DNA from: Polyangiaceae bacterium
GTDB lineage: Bacteria > Myxococcota_A > Polyangia > Polyangiales > Polyangiaceae
NCBI GenBank assembly: GCA_046351415.1
Contig: JAXLYO010000010.1
Span: 217,234 to 281,233 of the forward strand
Direction of reading: 5' to 3'
DNA: 64,000 nucleotides
Part shown: positions 7,916 to 16,676 of the stretch, one piece after another
Layout of the letters: the number at the start of each line of letters is the position of its first letter
How positions within the stretch are numbered: the first letter of the stretch is position 1
Position numbers and translations under genes: made by a program
Notes under the pieces: generated by a model
Seen by the model: the letters and a program-made list of their open reading frames with translations, nothing else
Told to the model about the DNA's origin: nothing
Database searches by the model: none

Positions 7916-9544
7916 TCATGGGCACTCGAAGGCGCCGATAGATTCACCCGTTGCGGCTCTGTAGCTGCGTGTGTTCGACACCCAATTCCCGTTCTTCATG
8001 CAGCGGAGCTCCAGCATGGTCGGGCTGACTCGGCGTCCGTCCGCGTTCCACTGCATCGTTCCGTGAGTGCCGACGCCCGCGAAGGGCACCCTCATCGCCA
8101 AGAGTGACTTGGCGTTCAGCGAAGGACCGCCCATCGAGATACGCGGGCAATCCGCCGTGCGGCAAGATATGAGGTCGATGCCGGCATTGAATGTATCGCT
8201 GCGGACGTCCTTCGGTTCTACGCCCCTGGCCACGGCAGCAGCGGAGGCGAACGTCGCCGTGTAAAGGCAATCATTCAGAAAGTAGGCGAAGTCGCTCGGC
8301 TCCAAACTGAGGCCTGGGCTTGCCTTCGCGGATTCGAGTAGTTGGTCCACATACCCACGCGTCTCCAGCGCCTCCGCCGACGGACGCGGCGCCCAGTTGA
8401 TGACGTAGGTGCGATCGTCGAGCGTCTTTGCGGGGGCGCCCCCGCTCCGGCGCTGCCCTGCTTCGTAGTTCGTTGCGGCGCTTCCCTGACCGATCAGGAC
8501 GTAGACAGGCAAGGTCGGGCCGAGCCAATTCGTCTCGATTTGATTGATCAGATTGTAGTGGGAGTACTCCGCATTGAGAACAATCACGTCCGGCCGCGGG
8601 TTCGCGCGCGCAATGAGCTTCCCCTTCTCGGAGAGAGGTTCGTTGAGGTCGATATCGAATGCGAACTCGCTGACGTGTGCCACTGTCGAGGTCGGAGCTC
8701 CGGCGCTTATTTTCGGTACGAGAGACTTGCGAAGCTCGTCATCGCTCGGCAGGTTCGTACTCACCAGCATCACTTCCGCAGCGCGCCCGCGTGCCGCAGA
8801 CACCGACGCGAAGATGTCCTGGAGAGCAGAAGCGGTACCGAAAGCGAGGTCCGCCCGGATCGGCGCGCACGCGCGAGCGCCCGACGAGAGATTCGAACTT
8901 TGGTCGTAAGGTGTGAGGTAGGGCGTCCCCTGCTCTAGGGCCGCCGCGGCTGCCATGTGCGAACCGATGGGATCGAGTGGCCCAAGGATCGCGCTAACGC
9001 CGAGTCGCTGCATATGACGTACAGCCCTGACGGGATCCTTGCTCTCGTCGCAGAGAACCGCCGCCATTCGGCGCCCATTCAAGTTTCCCTGGCTCGGCGA
9101 GTTGTTCCACGTGGACGCCAAGGTTTGGGTCATGAACTCGATGTAGTTCCCAGCGGCAATACCCGTGGGTCGAACCGAAGGCGTTGTGTAGAATACACCC
9201 AAAAGAATGGAACGCTCGTCGGCGACGCCTTCCGTTAGCATGTTGCAGCCGGCGAGCTCGTCCTTCAGAGGTACGCACTGATTCTGAATGCATTGCGCCT
9301 CACCCCCCATCGACACTTGGCAGTCTACGGGCGCTACGCAGGGCATCTTCTTCTCTTCCTTGGGTACCACGATTGCTTCACAGAGCCCCGCCGCGGAACA
9401 TCGACCCGGACTTCCGCCAAGCTTCGAAGCACACTCGTCGTCCCTTTGGCAGGACAAGGAAGAAGAATCGTCCATCGACGAGCAGGCCAAGAGTCCGCCA
9501 AGAAATGCGGTCACCGCAAACTCACTGACTTTTGCATTGTACAT
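7916..9544 (-). CDS. lipoprotein with Cys-rich N-terminal module and type-I periplasmic-binding-protein-like (LivK/ANF-receptor-like) domain, copy B1
   Basis: Lipobox GGLLAC; about 10 Cys in the first 100 aa. RRMAAVLCDESKDPVRAVRHMQRLGVSAILGPL resembles Peripla_BP_6-type binding proteins. Diverged paralog of 11933..13564. Confidence 0.75.
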   Translation of the reverse strand: MYNAKVSEFAVTAFLGGLLACSSMDDSSSLSCQRDDECASKLGGSPGRCSAAGLCEAIVVPKEEKKMPCVAPVDCQVSMGGEAQCIQNQCVPLKDELAGCNMLTEGVADERSILLGVFYTTPSVRPTGIAAGNYIEFMTQTLASTWNNSPSQGNLNGRRMAAVLCDESKDPVRAVRHMQRLGVSAILGPLDPIGSHMAAAAALEQGTPYLTPYDQSSNLSSGARACAPIRADLAFGTASALQDIFASVSAARGRAAEVMLVSTNLPSDDELRKSLVPKISAGAPTSTVAHVSEFAFDIDLNEPLSEKGKLIARANPRPDVIVLNAEYSHYNLINQIETNWLGPTLPVYVLIGQGSAATNYEAGQRRSGGAPAKTLDDRTYVINWAPRPSAEALETRGYVDQLLESAKASPGLSLEPSDFAYFLNDCLYTATFASAAAVARGVEPKDVRSDTFNAGIDLISCRTADCPRISMGGPSLNAKSLLAMRVPFAGVGTHGTMQWNADGRRVSPTMLELRCMKNGNWVSNTRSYRAATGESIGAFECP

Positions 9545-9691
9545 GTGCTTGGCAGTGTCACTTCACCCGCACGCCCATTTCGAAATGGCCACGCTGCACA
9601 GCGAAACCATCGGACTTCGATCGCACAAAGCACGAAGCGGCGAGCCTGGTAGGCCCGCCGCTCGGTTGGCTCGTGGAGGAGCCGGCCAATG

Positions 9692-10675
9692 CTACTGGAG
9701 CGGAATCACCGCACCCAGCATACCGCCACCCCGTGTGAGCATAGCCGTTGGCGTCACCGTCGCTTGTTCGGTCTTCGGTCGGTGCGTCAGGATATCGATG
9801 ACCGTGTAGGTCGCGAAGCCGATGGCGCCGAGCACGAGGACGTCCGTGGTGATGGACCACGTTCGGACGGTCGCGCGTTGGTCGTCGAGCGCGCCTTTCG
9901 ACGCATTGCTCGACACGAGTCCGTCGTACTTCGAACCCGCATTCAGGGTAAGAATGCCCGTCGCGATTGCACCACCCGTGAAGACGACCGTTCCCGCGAT
10001 ACCAATCCACGGAATGTGTGCTGCTTCACCCTTCAACTGGATGACCTTCTGCGTGCTTTCCATCGGGAGGTCAACGACGAGGGTATCGCCACCCGGCGCG
10101 GAGACGACCTTCGAGGTGGTGACGTAGCCCTTCGCCTGAACGGAGAACTTACGCATACCGCTGTTGACCTCACGTGCCTCAATGGGCCCGGGACCGACGA
10201 CGATGTCGTCAATCGAGAAGATCGCACCAGGAACGTTGGTCTTCAGGGTAACCTTTGCGATACGACCGCGGAGGAGCTGCACCTGCTCCTTCACGTTGGC
10301 GCGTTGCTCTTCCTTGACGTCCGCTCCACCTTCCTTGAGGAAGCGATCGTAGTACTGTACGGCTCCGACGAAGTCCTTCAGGCGCTCGCTCGTAACACCC
10401 ATATTGTAGAGGATGCGGAACGACGGACTGAGCTCGTAGGCCTTCTTGAACTCGATGAACGCAGCGTCGAACGCGCCGTCGTCGAAGAGTCCGAGGGCCT
10501 TGTTGTAGTGTGCACGCGCTTCTTCTTTGTTGTCGGCCGAGGGCGCCGGTGCATCTGTCTTCTCACCAGCGGGTGCGGTCGTCGGAGCCGACTGTGCAAA
10601 GGCGGGGGCCCCAAGGAGCACGCCGAAGGTGAGCGGCGCGAACGTCAAGAGTCCGCGTTTCATTCGATTCCTCAT
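9692..10675 (-). CDS. TPR + PEGA domain membrane protein
   Basis: Signal sequence MRNRMKRGLLTFAPLTFGVLLGAPAFA; TPR-like EARAHYNKALGLFDDGAFDAAFIEFKKAYELSP; PEGA-like KVTLKTNVPGAIFSIDD; C-terminal TM segments. Its ATG (10675) overlaps the protease stop as ATGA. Confidence 0.8.
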   Translation of the reverse strand: MRNRMKRGLLTFAPLTFGVLLGAPAFAQSAPTTAPAGEKTDAPAPSADNKEEARAHYNKALGLFDDGAFDAAFIEFKKAYELSPSFRILYNMGVTSERLKDFVGAVQYYDRFLKEGGADVKEEQRANVKEQVQLLRGRIAKVTLKTNVPGAIFSIDDIVVGPGPIEAREVNSGMRKFSVQAKGYVTTSKVVSAPGGDTLVVDLPMESTQKVIQLKGEAAHIPWIGIAGTVVFTGGAIATGILTLNAGSKYDGLVSSNASKGALDDQRATVRTWSITTDVLVLGAIGFATYTVIDILTHRPKTEQATVTPTAMLTRGGGMLGAVIPLQ

Positions 10676-11910
10676 TCGTTCTCCATTTGCGTGTCTTTGC
10701 GTGCGTTCTTCCGAAAACGACGCGCGACCAGAGCGGCGAGCCCCACCAACGGAAGGATCCCCCAACGCAGCGACTCTTTCGATGTGCTCGCGGTGGTCGT
10801 GCTTCCTGCGACTGCAACAGAACAGCTAGGCTGTTCGGGCGCGGGCACCTTCGTCACGCATACGTTGCTTTCCGTGTTGACCGCAATGCACTTGAGTCCG
10901 GATTTTTCATCTCCGCACTCCTTGCCGTTGGCCGTGCAGAACTTCGAGCACATACGCTCCTTGCCAACGGTGATGCACATGTTCGACTGGCAAGTGTTGT
11001 CGGTCGTACACACACCGCCGAGCTCGGCGGGCGCAGGCTTGCCTTGGCGCGTCGGCATTCGCCCGACGGCTTGAAAGGCCTTTTCGATGATGGGAGCGTT
11101 CTCCGAGAGCGCGGCAGCATACGCAATGGCACCGTCAGATGCACACCCATCCTGAAGCGTGTTGCCGGAACCCGCCGAGTGGATGCCGATGAGCGCCCCC
11201 TTGGCATCGAAGAGCGGACCACCGCTGTCGCCTGAACAGGACTTGATGTTGGAAACGACGTACCCGGGCTCGACGATTTCACCCGTGTCGGTGATCGTGC
11301 CGCCCTTCGAGCCGACGAGAACGTCGCCCGTTTGCTGCTGGCGAATGGTCGGGTTCGGGCCAGGTCCCGGAGGGTTCGGAGTGTCCTTCGCAAACTTGAG
11401 TGAGCCCCACCCGACGAGCGTCACCTTCTCCTTCACTTCCGTGGGAGCGTCGAGACGAATCGGTACGTAGTTCGGAACGATGGCGTCTTCCGAGAGGATG
11501 AGCCCCGCGACGTCCTTCGCGCAGTTTGTCTCCGTCGGGTTGTAGATGAGGCGCGATACCGCGATGCGCTTGATCGGCTTCGTCTTGTCGTGGCCGATCT
11601 GGATGCGAAGCCTTTCGACGGGACGCAAGTCACCACCGAGACGACAGCCACCAGCGCCGTCGTCCTGCGAGGTGCCGCTCAAGCAGTGGTGCGCTGTGAG
11701 CACGAGGCGCGGGTGTACGACGACGCCCGTACAAAACATTTCGTTGTCCTCTTGAAGCGCAACGACGTGATCCTGCGCGGCGGGCGAGTCCTGACCAAGC
11801 GCGATCGCCTGCTTCGTTTCTTCGACCTCGGCTGTTTGCTCGGGTGCTTGGGCGCACGCCAAGAACAGCGGAAGAGAGAGGGCTCCCGAAAGAGCAACGA
11901 AGCGAGTCAT
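10672..11910 (-). CDS. secreted trypsin-like (S1) serine protease with Cys-rich module and MYXO-CTERM-like anchor
   Basis: Catalytic motifs LTAHHC, DVAGLIL and CSGDSGGPLF. Signal peptide MTRFVALSGALSLPLFLACA. Tail CSVAVAGS...WGILPLVGLAALVARRFRKN. Confidence 0.88.
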   Translation of the reverse strand: MTRFVALSGALSLPLFLACAQAPEQTAEVEETKQAIALGQDSPAAQDHVVALQEDNEMFCTGVVVHPRLVLTAHHCLSGTSQDDGAGGCRLGGDLRPVERLRIQIGHDKTKPIKRIAVSRLIYNPTETNCAKDVAGLILSEDAIVPNYVPIRLDAPTEVKEKVTLVGWGSLKFAKDTPNPPGPGPNPTIRQQQTGDVLVGSKGGTITDTGEIVEPGYVVSNIKSCSGDSGGPLFDAKGALIGIHSAGSGNTLQDGCASDGAIAYAAALSENAPIIEKAFQAVGRMPTRQGKPAPAELGGVCTTDNTCQSNMCITVGKERMCSKFCTANGKECGDEKSGLKCIAVNTESNVCVTKVPAPEQPSCSVAVAGSTTTASTSKESLRWGILPLVGLAALVARRFRKNARKDTQMENE

Positions 11911-11932
11911 GCGGCGCCCTCCTTGGCCGCTT

Positions 11933-13564
11933 TCACGGGCATTCAAACGGTCCATTGGGATCTCCAGTAATCGTGCTGTAGGTGCGTTTGTTCGTGACCC
12001 AGTCGCCATTCTTCAAGCAACGAAGTTCGACCGTATCGAGACCAATGCGCTTGCCATCGGTTCCCCACTGCATCGGACCGTTGGCGCCGATGGCGCCGAA
12101 CTTCGACGGCGTTGCGAGAAGAGACTTGGCGGTCGTCAGAGCAAGGCCGCTCATCGAAATGCGAGGCTGGTCCGACGAGATCAAGTCGATACCCGCCTTG
12201 AACGAGTCGTTTCGAATCTTGTTCGGTTCGATGTTGCCTTTGGCGACAGCGGCCGCTGACGCGAACATTGCAGTGTAGAGGCAATCGTTCGCGAAGTAGG
12301 CGAAATCGCTCTGCTGAAGGTTGAACCGCACGTCGCTCTGTGAAGCGCCGACGATCTGGTCGACGTACGACCGGACACCAGGGGATTCAGGAGCGGGGAC
12401 TGGCGCCCAATTGAGAAGATACGTGCGATTGTTGAGCGTCTTCAACGGCGCGCCGCCGTCGACGAGCTGACCTCGTTCATACCCCGGCGCCGTATGCCCC
12501 TGTCCGATGAGGACGTAGACGGGCAACGTCGGCGCCGTCCAGTTGATGTCAATCTGAGCGAGGAGGCTGTAGTGGTAGTACTCCGCGTTGAGGATGATGA
12601 CGTCCGGCAGCGGATTGGAGCGCGGGATGAGCTTACCCTTCGCCTGAATCGGCTGCGTCAGGTCGACTTCGATGGGGAACTCGGCGACGCCGGCAACAGT
12701 GGACGAAGGAACGCCGGCTGTGAGCTTCGGCATGAGCGCCTTGCGGAGTTCGTCATCCGCCGGGAGGTTCGTGCTGACGAGGGTCACATTGACCGCGCGG
12801 CCACGCGCAGCGGAGACGGACGCGATGATGTCCTTGATTCCGGTAGAGACTGCGGGCGCCAAGTCCTGCCGAACCGGCGCACAGGCGCGCGTACCGGTCG
12901 AGATGACCGCGGACTGATCATATGGAGTGAGGTAGGGCGTTTCCTGCTTGATGGCTTCCGCCGCGCCCGCTTGCGCCTTGTTTTGGGCGAGCGGTGCGAT
13001 GATGGCGCTCACGCCGAGGCGCTGCATGTGCTGGACCGCTTTGACTGTATCGCCCGCGTCGTTGCAGAGAATCGCAGCCATGCGACGCCCCGAGGTCTTG
13101 CCGCCGGTCGTGGTCGCGTTCCAGTCCGAGACCGCCTTTTCGGTGAGATAGTGGAAGAACTTTCCTGCGGTGGACCCCGTCGGTAGCGTCGAAGGGTCGG
13201 TGTAGAAAACACCGAGGAGAATCGTCTGTTCGTCAGCGACGCCCTCGGTGAGCTTGTCACACATACCTTCTGTGTCTTTGAGAGGGACGCATAGGTTGTT
13301 GACGCAGCGGGACGAGCTCAGGGTCGAGAGAACCTGGCAATCGGCCGCCGTGTCGCAACGGAGCTTTTGACCTGCTTCAGGCGCGACGATCGCCTCGCAG
13401 ACGCCCTCGGCGGAACACCGACCTGGTGCTCCGAGTCGCGCCTGGCATTGATCGTCGCGCTCGCATGAAAGCTCCGTACGCTTGGCGAGGAGAGAACAAG
13501 CAAACACACCACACAGAAGTACGGGCAGCAAGAGTGCCGTTCTACCCCGCGCAAACGTCATCAT
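11933..13564 (-). CDS. lipoprotein with Cys-rich N-terminal module and periplasmic-binding-protein-like domain, copy B2
   Basis: Lipobox CGVFAC. Collinear with B1 over its full length, at roughly half to two-thirds identity by eye. Both end in the same type of motif (...GPFECP / ...GAFECP). Confidence 0.75.
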   Translation of the reverse strand: MMTFARGRTALLLPVLLCGVFACSLLAKRTELSCERDDQCQARLGAPGRCSAEGVCEAIVAPEAGQKLRCDTAADCQVLSTLSSSRCVNNLCVPLKDTEGMCDKLTEGVADEQTILLGVFYTDPSTLPTGSTAGKFFHYLTEKAVSDWNATTTGGKTSGRRMAAILCNDAGDTVKAVQHMQRLGVSAIIAPLAQNKAQAGAAEAIKQETPYLTPYDQSAVISTGTRACAPVRQDLAPAVSTGIKDIIASVSAARGRAVNVTLVSTNLPADDELRKALMPKLTAGVPSSTVAGVAEFPIEVDLTQPIQAKGKLIPRSNPLPDVIILNAEYYHYSLLAQIDINWTAPTLPVYVLIGQGHTAPGYERGQLVDGGAPLKTLNNRTYLLNWAPVPAPESPGVRSYVDQIVGASQSDVRFNLQQSDFAYFANDCLYTAMFASAAAVAKGNIEPNKIRNDSFKAGIDLISSDQPRISMSGLALTTAKSLLATPSKFGAIGANGPMQWGTDGKRIGLDTVELRCLKNGDWVTNKRTYSTITGDPNGPFECP

Positions 13565-13588
13565 GTCTAGCAGTGTCCCTTCGTGGGC

Positions 13589-14725
13589 TCAGTCATTTGG
13601 GAAAATGATGTTGTGGATGTGCAAGAAGTTGCGTTGCCCGTTGATCTCCGGCGCCGCAGTGGGGGAACCGACGACAACGAAGGTGTAGTTCTTCTTGTCC
13701 ACGATGCTCGAAAGCGGGGTGTCCGTCGCGTCGACCGCCATCTGGAGCGAATCCTCGTCGTCGACTTGCTGCAGGTGGGTGAAGAGCGCCTGCAGGTCGG
13801 AGATCTTCTGGACCTCCTTGGCCGGGTTGGGCAACGCCGGACCCGACTTGGCGTACGGAACGCCCGTATCGAGATCGTCGACGACGAGAACGTCCTTGTT
13901 CGGATCGTTGAGGTCGTAGGTCAGGTATAGGTTGAGATGGTCCTCACCAAACGTGAGCATACGGTCCGCGCCGTGAATGAGTTGGACGCGGTTCTTGCCC
14001 GCGGCCGCCGTCGACGTGTTGTCGAGCTGGCGTGCGTACATGTTCATCGTGCTCTTCGGGTTCGCGCCGTCGAACTGGTAGCAGCGAACTTGGTCCGCCG
14101 GTGCCGTCGTCTTCGCGCAACCCGTGATGACCAGCGCGTAGCTCTTGCCGTCGACGAACGTACCCGCAGGGAAGTCCGCCACGTATTCGAAGTCGAGACC
14201 TTGGATGAGTTGGTCGTTCGCCGGCGTGCCAGCGTCCCCGCCGTCCACCGTCGAGTCGAAGAACGACTTCTTCACGAGGTCCTTGCAACCCAAGTTCCCG
14301 TAGCCGAGGAGATCGAGCGACTCCACGAAGTACGCGATGAAGCGAAGGCGCTTGCCCTGGTAGCTCGGAAGAAGCGACGGCAAGCGGAAACCGCGACCTA
14401 CTGCGAGGCCAGGAAGCGTCGCCTTGTTGAACGTCTTCGTCGGGTATGCCGGCGTGTCGAGAACGTCCGCTGGACCAGGCTGCGTCGCGCCCGAATTCGC
14501 CATCGCGCAAAAGCGGAAGCCGTCCAGGAGAACGATGTGGTCATTCGCGATGTTGAGGTGCGCCGCGGTGTCCGGCACGGACGAATCAGCGGTAGCGTCC
14601 GATGCGTCCGGTTGTGGCGAGGACGTGTCAGGCGTCGTATTGGCGTCGACCACCGGAGGAACGAAGTTGTCTACGGCAGCGTCTGTGCCCCCGACAGCAT
14701 CGTCGCCATCACATGCGGCGAGCGC
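13589..14725. repeat. 1137-bp direct repeat, copy 2 (>99% identical to 6606..7742)
   Basis: As for copy 1. Identity stops at the stop codon on one side and just 5' of the lipobox Cys codon on the other. Confidence 0.9.
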
Positions 14726-14779
14726 TCCCAACATTCCAAGGGAAATGATCGCGGCGCCTCTTCGAACTAGTCTACTCAT
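13589..14779 (-). CDS. uncharacterised lipoprotein, copy A2 (396 aa)
   Basis: Start chosen at MSRLVRRGAAIISLGMLGALAAC (ATG 14779), by analogy with A1 and the lipobox. The mature part differs from A1 by 2 aa (CAMANSG vs CALANSG, ALFTHL vs ALYTHL). Confidence 0.85.
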   Translation of the reverse strand: MSRLVRRGAAIISLGMLGALAACDGDDAVGGTDAAVDNFVPPVVDANTTPDTSSPQPDASDATADSSVPDTAAHLNIANDHIVLLDGFRFCAMANSGATQPGPADVLDTPAYPTKTFNKATLPGLAVGRGFRLPSLLPSYQGKRLRFIAYFVESLDLLGYGNLGCKDLVKKSFFDSTVDGGDAGTPANDQLIQGLDFEYVADFPAGTFVDGKSYALVITGCAKTTAPADQVRCYQFDGANPKSTMNMYARQLDNTSTAAAGKNRVQLIHGADRMLTFGEDHLNLYLTYDLNDPNKDVLVVDDLDTGVPYAKSGPALPNPAKEVQKISDLQALFTHLQQVDDEDSLQMAVDATDTPLSSIVDKKNYTFVVVGSPTAAPEINGQRNFLHIHNIIFPND

Positions 14780-14990
14780 GACAGATGACCTCGTGGTGCT
14801 AGTGTATAATACCTGTACAAGCAGCGAGCATAACGGTGGCGGAGCGTGTAAGTCTAGCTTCCGACACCCGCTCTGCTGAGAAAGGTGCGACTCTTCTCCA
14901 TAGAAGAGACCAACGCGCCGCATGTATTCCGATAATGTCTGATAATGCGTGCACGACTTCGTCAGGAATGTCGAGCGCGCACGCTCGCGC

Positions 14991-16676
14991 TTACTTCGAG
15001 AACGGATCTCCGCGATCGAGTCCTGGCTTTGTCGGTGCTGGTGCCGCGGTGGGCGTCGCTGGCGGATGAGGGTTTTGTGGAGCCGCCGCCGCGGTTGGCC
15101 GGCTCGTCGGAGCCGGACCACCCACGAAACGAGGCAGCGCTTCGAGATCGAGCGTGACACTGGCGTCGTTCGTCGTGAACTGCTTCGACTTTTCGCGGTA
15201 CCCCGGCGCCTTCCCGATCACTTCGTGCGTCTTGCGATCTTCCGGCATGGTCAGCACATCCGTTCCGGCGGGGAGCAGCACACCGTCGAGCTCCACTCGC
15301 TGCGAGGCAGGAAGGAGTCGTAGACGAACCGTAACCGTCTGCGGAGTCGTGGCCGTTGGAGGTGCGGTTACGATCGTCGTCGACGCCGAGGGAGTGACCG
15401 GAAGCGTACTCGCATCGGATTTTCGGAGAAACCCATAGACGCCGCCGACTGCGAGAAGCACACCGGCGCCCGCAAGAAGAAATGCCGAGGACCGATTCTT
15501 TTCCGTGGCCGGCGCAACGAGAGAGGTCGCCGACGGCATGGTGCGCATAGGCACCGACATCGGAGCGCCCGACGCTTCGGTTACACTCGAGGGAGGCGGA
15601 GGGACCAACGGCAAGCTCGTCACGGCCTCGCTCGCAGCAATGCGAAGGCGCTCTTCGATGACTGCCTTTCGTTGACTGCGCTCCTTCTCGAACTCCTTCG
15701 CGATGACGAGCCCGACTTGCCGCGGCGTCGGCTGCTCTTCGAGTTTGTTGAAGACCTTTCGAAGCGCCGCCGCCATTTCGTCGGCGCTCCGGAAGCGATC
15801 GGCCGGCTCGTGCGCAAGCGCGCGATTGCAAATTTCATCGAGCTCGGGCGGGAGGCCTCGTGCAGCGGCACCTGCCGGCTCCGGCATCTCCTTCATCGCG
15901 AGTTTCTGGAGAACATGGCCGCTCGAAAGGCCCTTCCATCGACGCCTTTGGGCGATGGCTTCCCAGAGCATGACACCGATCGCGTAGAGGTCGGCGGTGC
16001 AATCGATGTGCGCGCTGAAGGCTTGCTCCGGCGCCATGTACGTCACTTTGCCCTTGATGACGCCAGTCCGCGTCTCAACCATCGAATTCGCGGCCTTCGC
16101 GATACCGAAGTCGACGAGCTTGGTCTGTCCGTCGAAGGTGGTGAGGATGTTGTGAGGAGAGATGTCGCGGTGCACCAAGTTGAGCGGGCTACCGTCGAGG
16201 TCGTTCAGGTTGTGCGCGTAGGCTAGCCCCTCGAGCACGTCGAGAATGACGCGCAGGTAGTGTGCGAAGGTGAACGGGCCATCGTACTTGAGGCGGCCGA
16301 TGATGGACTGGAGCGAGACGCTGTCCAGGTACTCCATCGCGATGTAGTAGCGACCGCCCTCTTCACCGACTTCGTACGTGTGAATGACGTTCGGGTGACT
16401 GAGCTGTGCTGCAAGACGCGCCTCTTCGAGGAACATCTGCAAGAACTCGGGATCGTTCTGCACGTCCTCGCGAAGACGCTTGATGACCGTCAGCTTGCGA
16501 AACGACGTGGAAGGACCCGTGGCGACAGCGAGGTAGACCGTCGCCATGCCGCCACGGCCGAGCTCAGCCAAAAGTTGATACTTGCCGCCGAGCTTGTAGG
16601 CATCTGCTTGCAAGTCGAGCTCCGCAGGGGCCTGCTGAGGCCGCTGCTGGGTATTCGAATCTTCGGGACTCATCAT
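14991..16676 (-). CDS. Ser/Thr protein kinase with TM segment and PEGA-like ectodomain
   Basis: GRGGMATVYLA, HRDISPHNIL, DFGIAK and APE motifs; TM FLLAGAGVLLAVGGVYGFL; then VTVRLRLLPASQRVELDGVLLPAG. Confidence 0.9.
   Translation of the reverse strand: MMSPEDSNTQQRPQQAPAELDLQADAYKLGGKYQLLAELGRGGMATVYLAVATGPSTSFRKLTVIKRLREDVQNDPEFLQMFLEEARLAAQLSHPNVIHTYEVGEEGGRYYIAMEYLDSVSLQSIIGRLKYDGPFTFAHYLRVILDVLEGLAYAHNLNDLDGSPLNLVHRDISPHNILTTFDGQTKLVDFGIAKAANSMVETRTGVIKGKVTYMAPEQAFSAHIDCTADLYAIGVMLWEAIAQRRRWKGLSSGHVLQKLAMKEMPEPAGAAARGLPPELDEICNRALAHEPADRFRSADEMAAALRKVFNKLEEQPTPRQVGLVIAKEFEKERSQRKAVIEERLRIAASEAVTSLPLVPPPPSSVTEASGAPMSVPMRTMPSATSLVAPATEKNRSSAFLLAGAGVLLAVGGVYGFLRKSDASTLPVTPSASTTIVTAPPTATTPQTVTVRLRLLPASQRVELDGVLLPAGTDVLTMPEDRKTHEVIGKAPGYREKSKQFTTNDASVTLDLEALPRFVGGPAPTSRPTAAAAPQNPHPPATPTAAPAPTKPGLDRGDPFSK

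Noticed and set aside
14780-15160. 127-aa upstream extension of lipoprotein A2 (ORF 13589..15160)
   Set aside because: The extension overlaps the kinase 3' end and an AT-rich spacer. A1 shows that the protein starts at the signal peptide.
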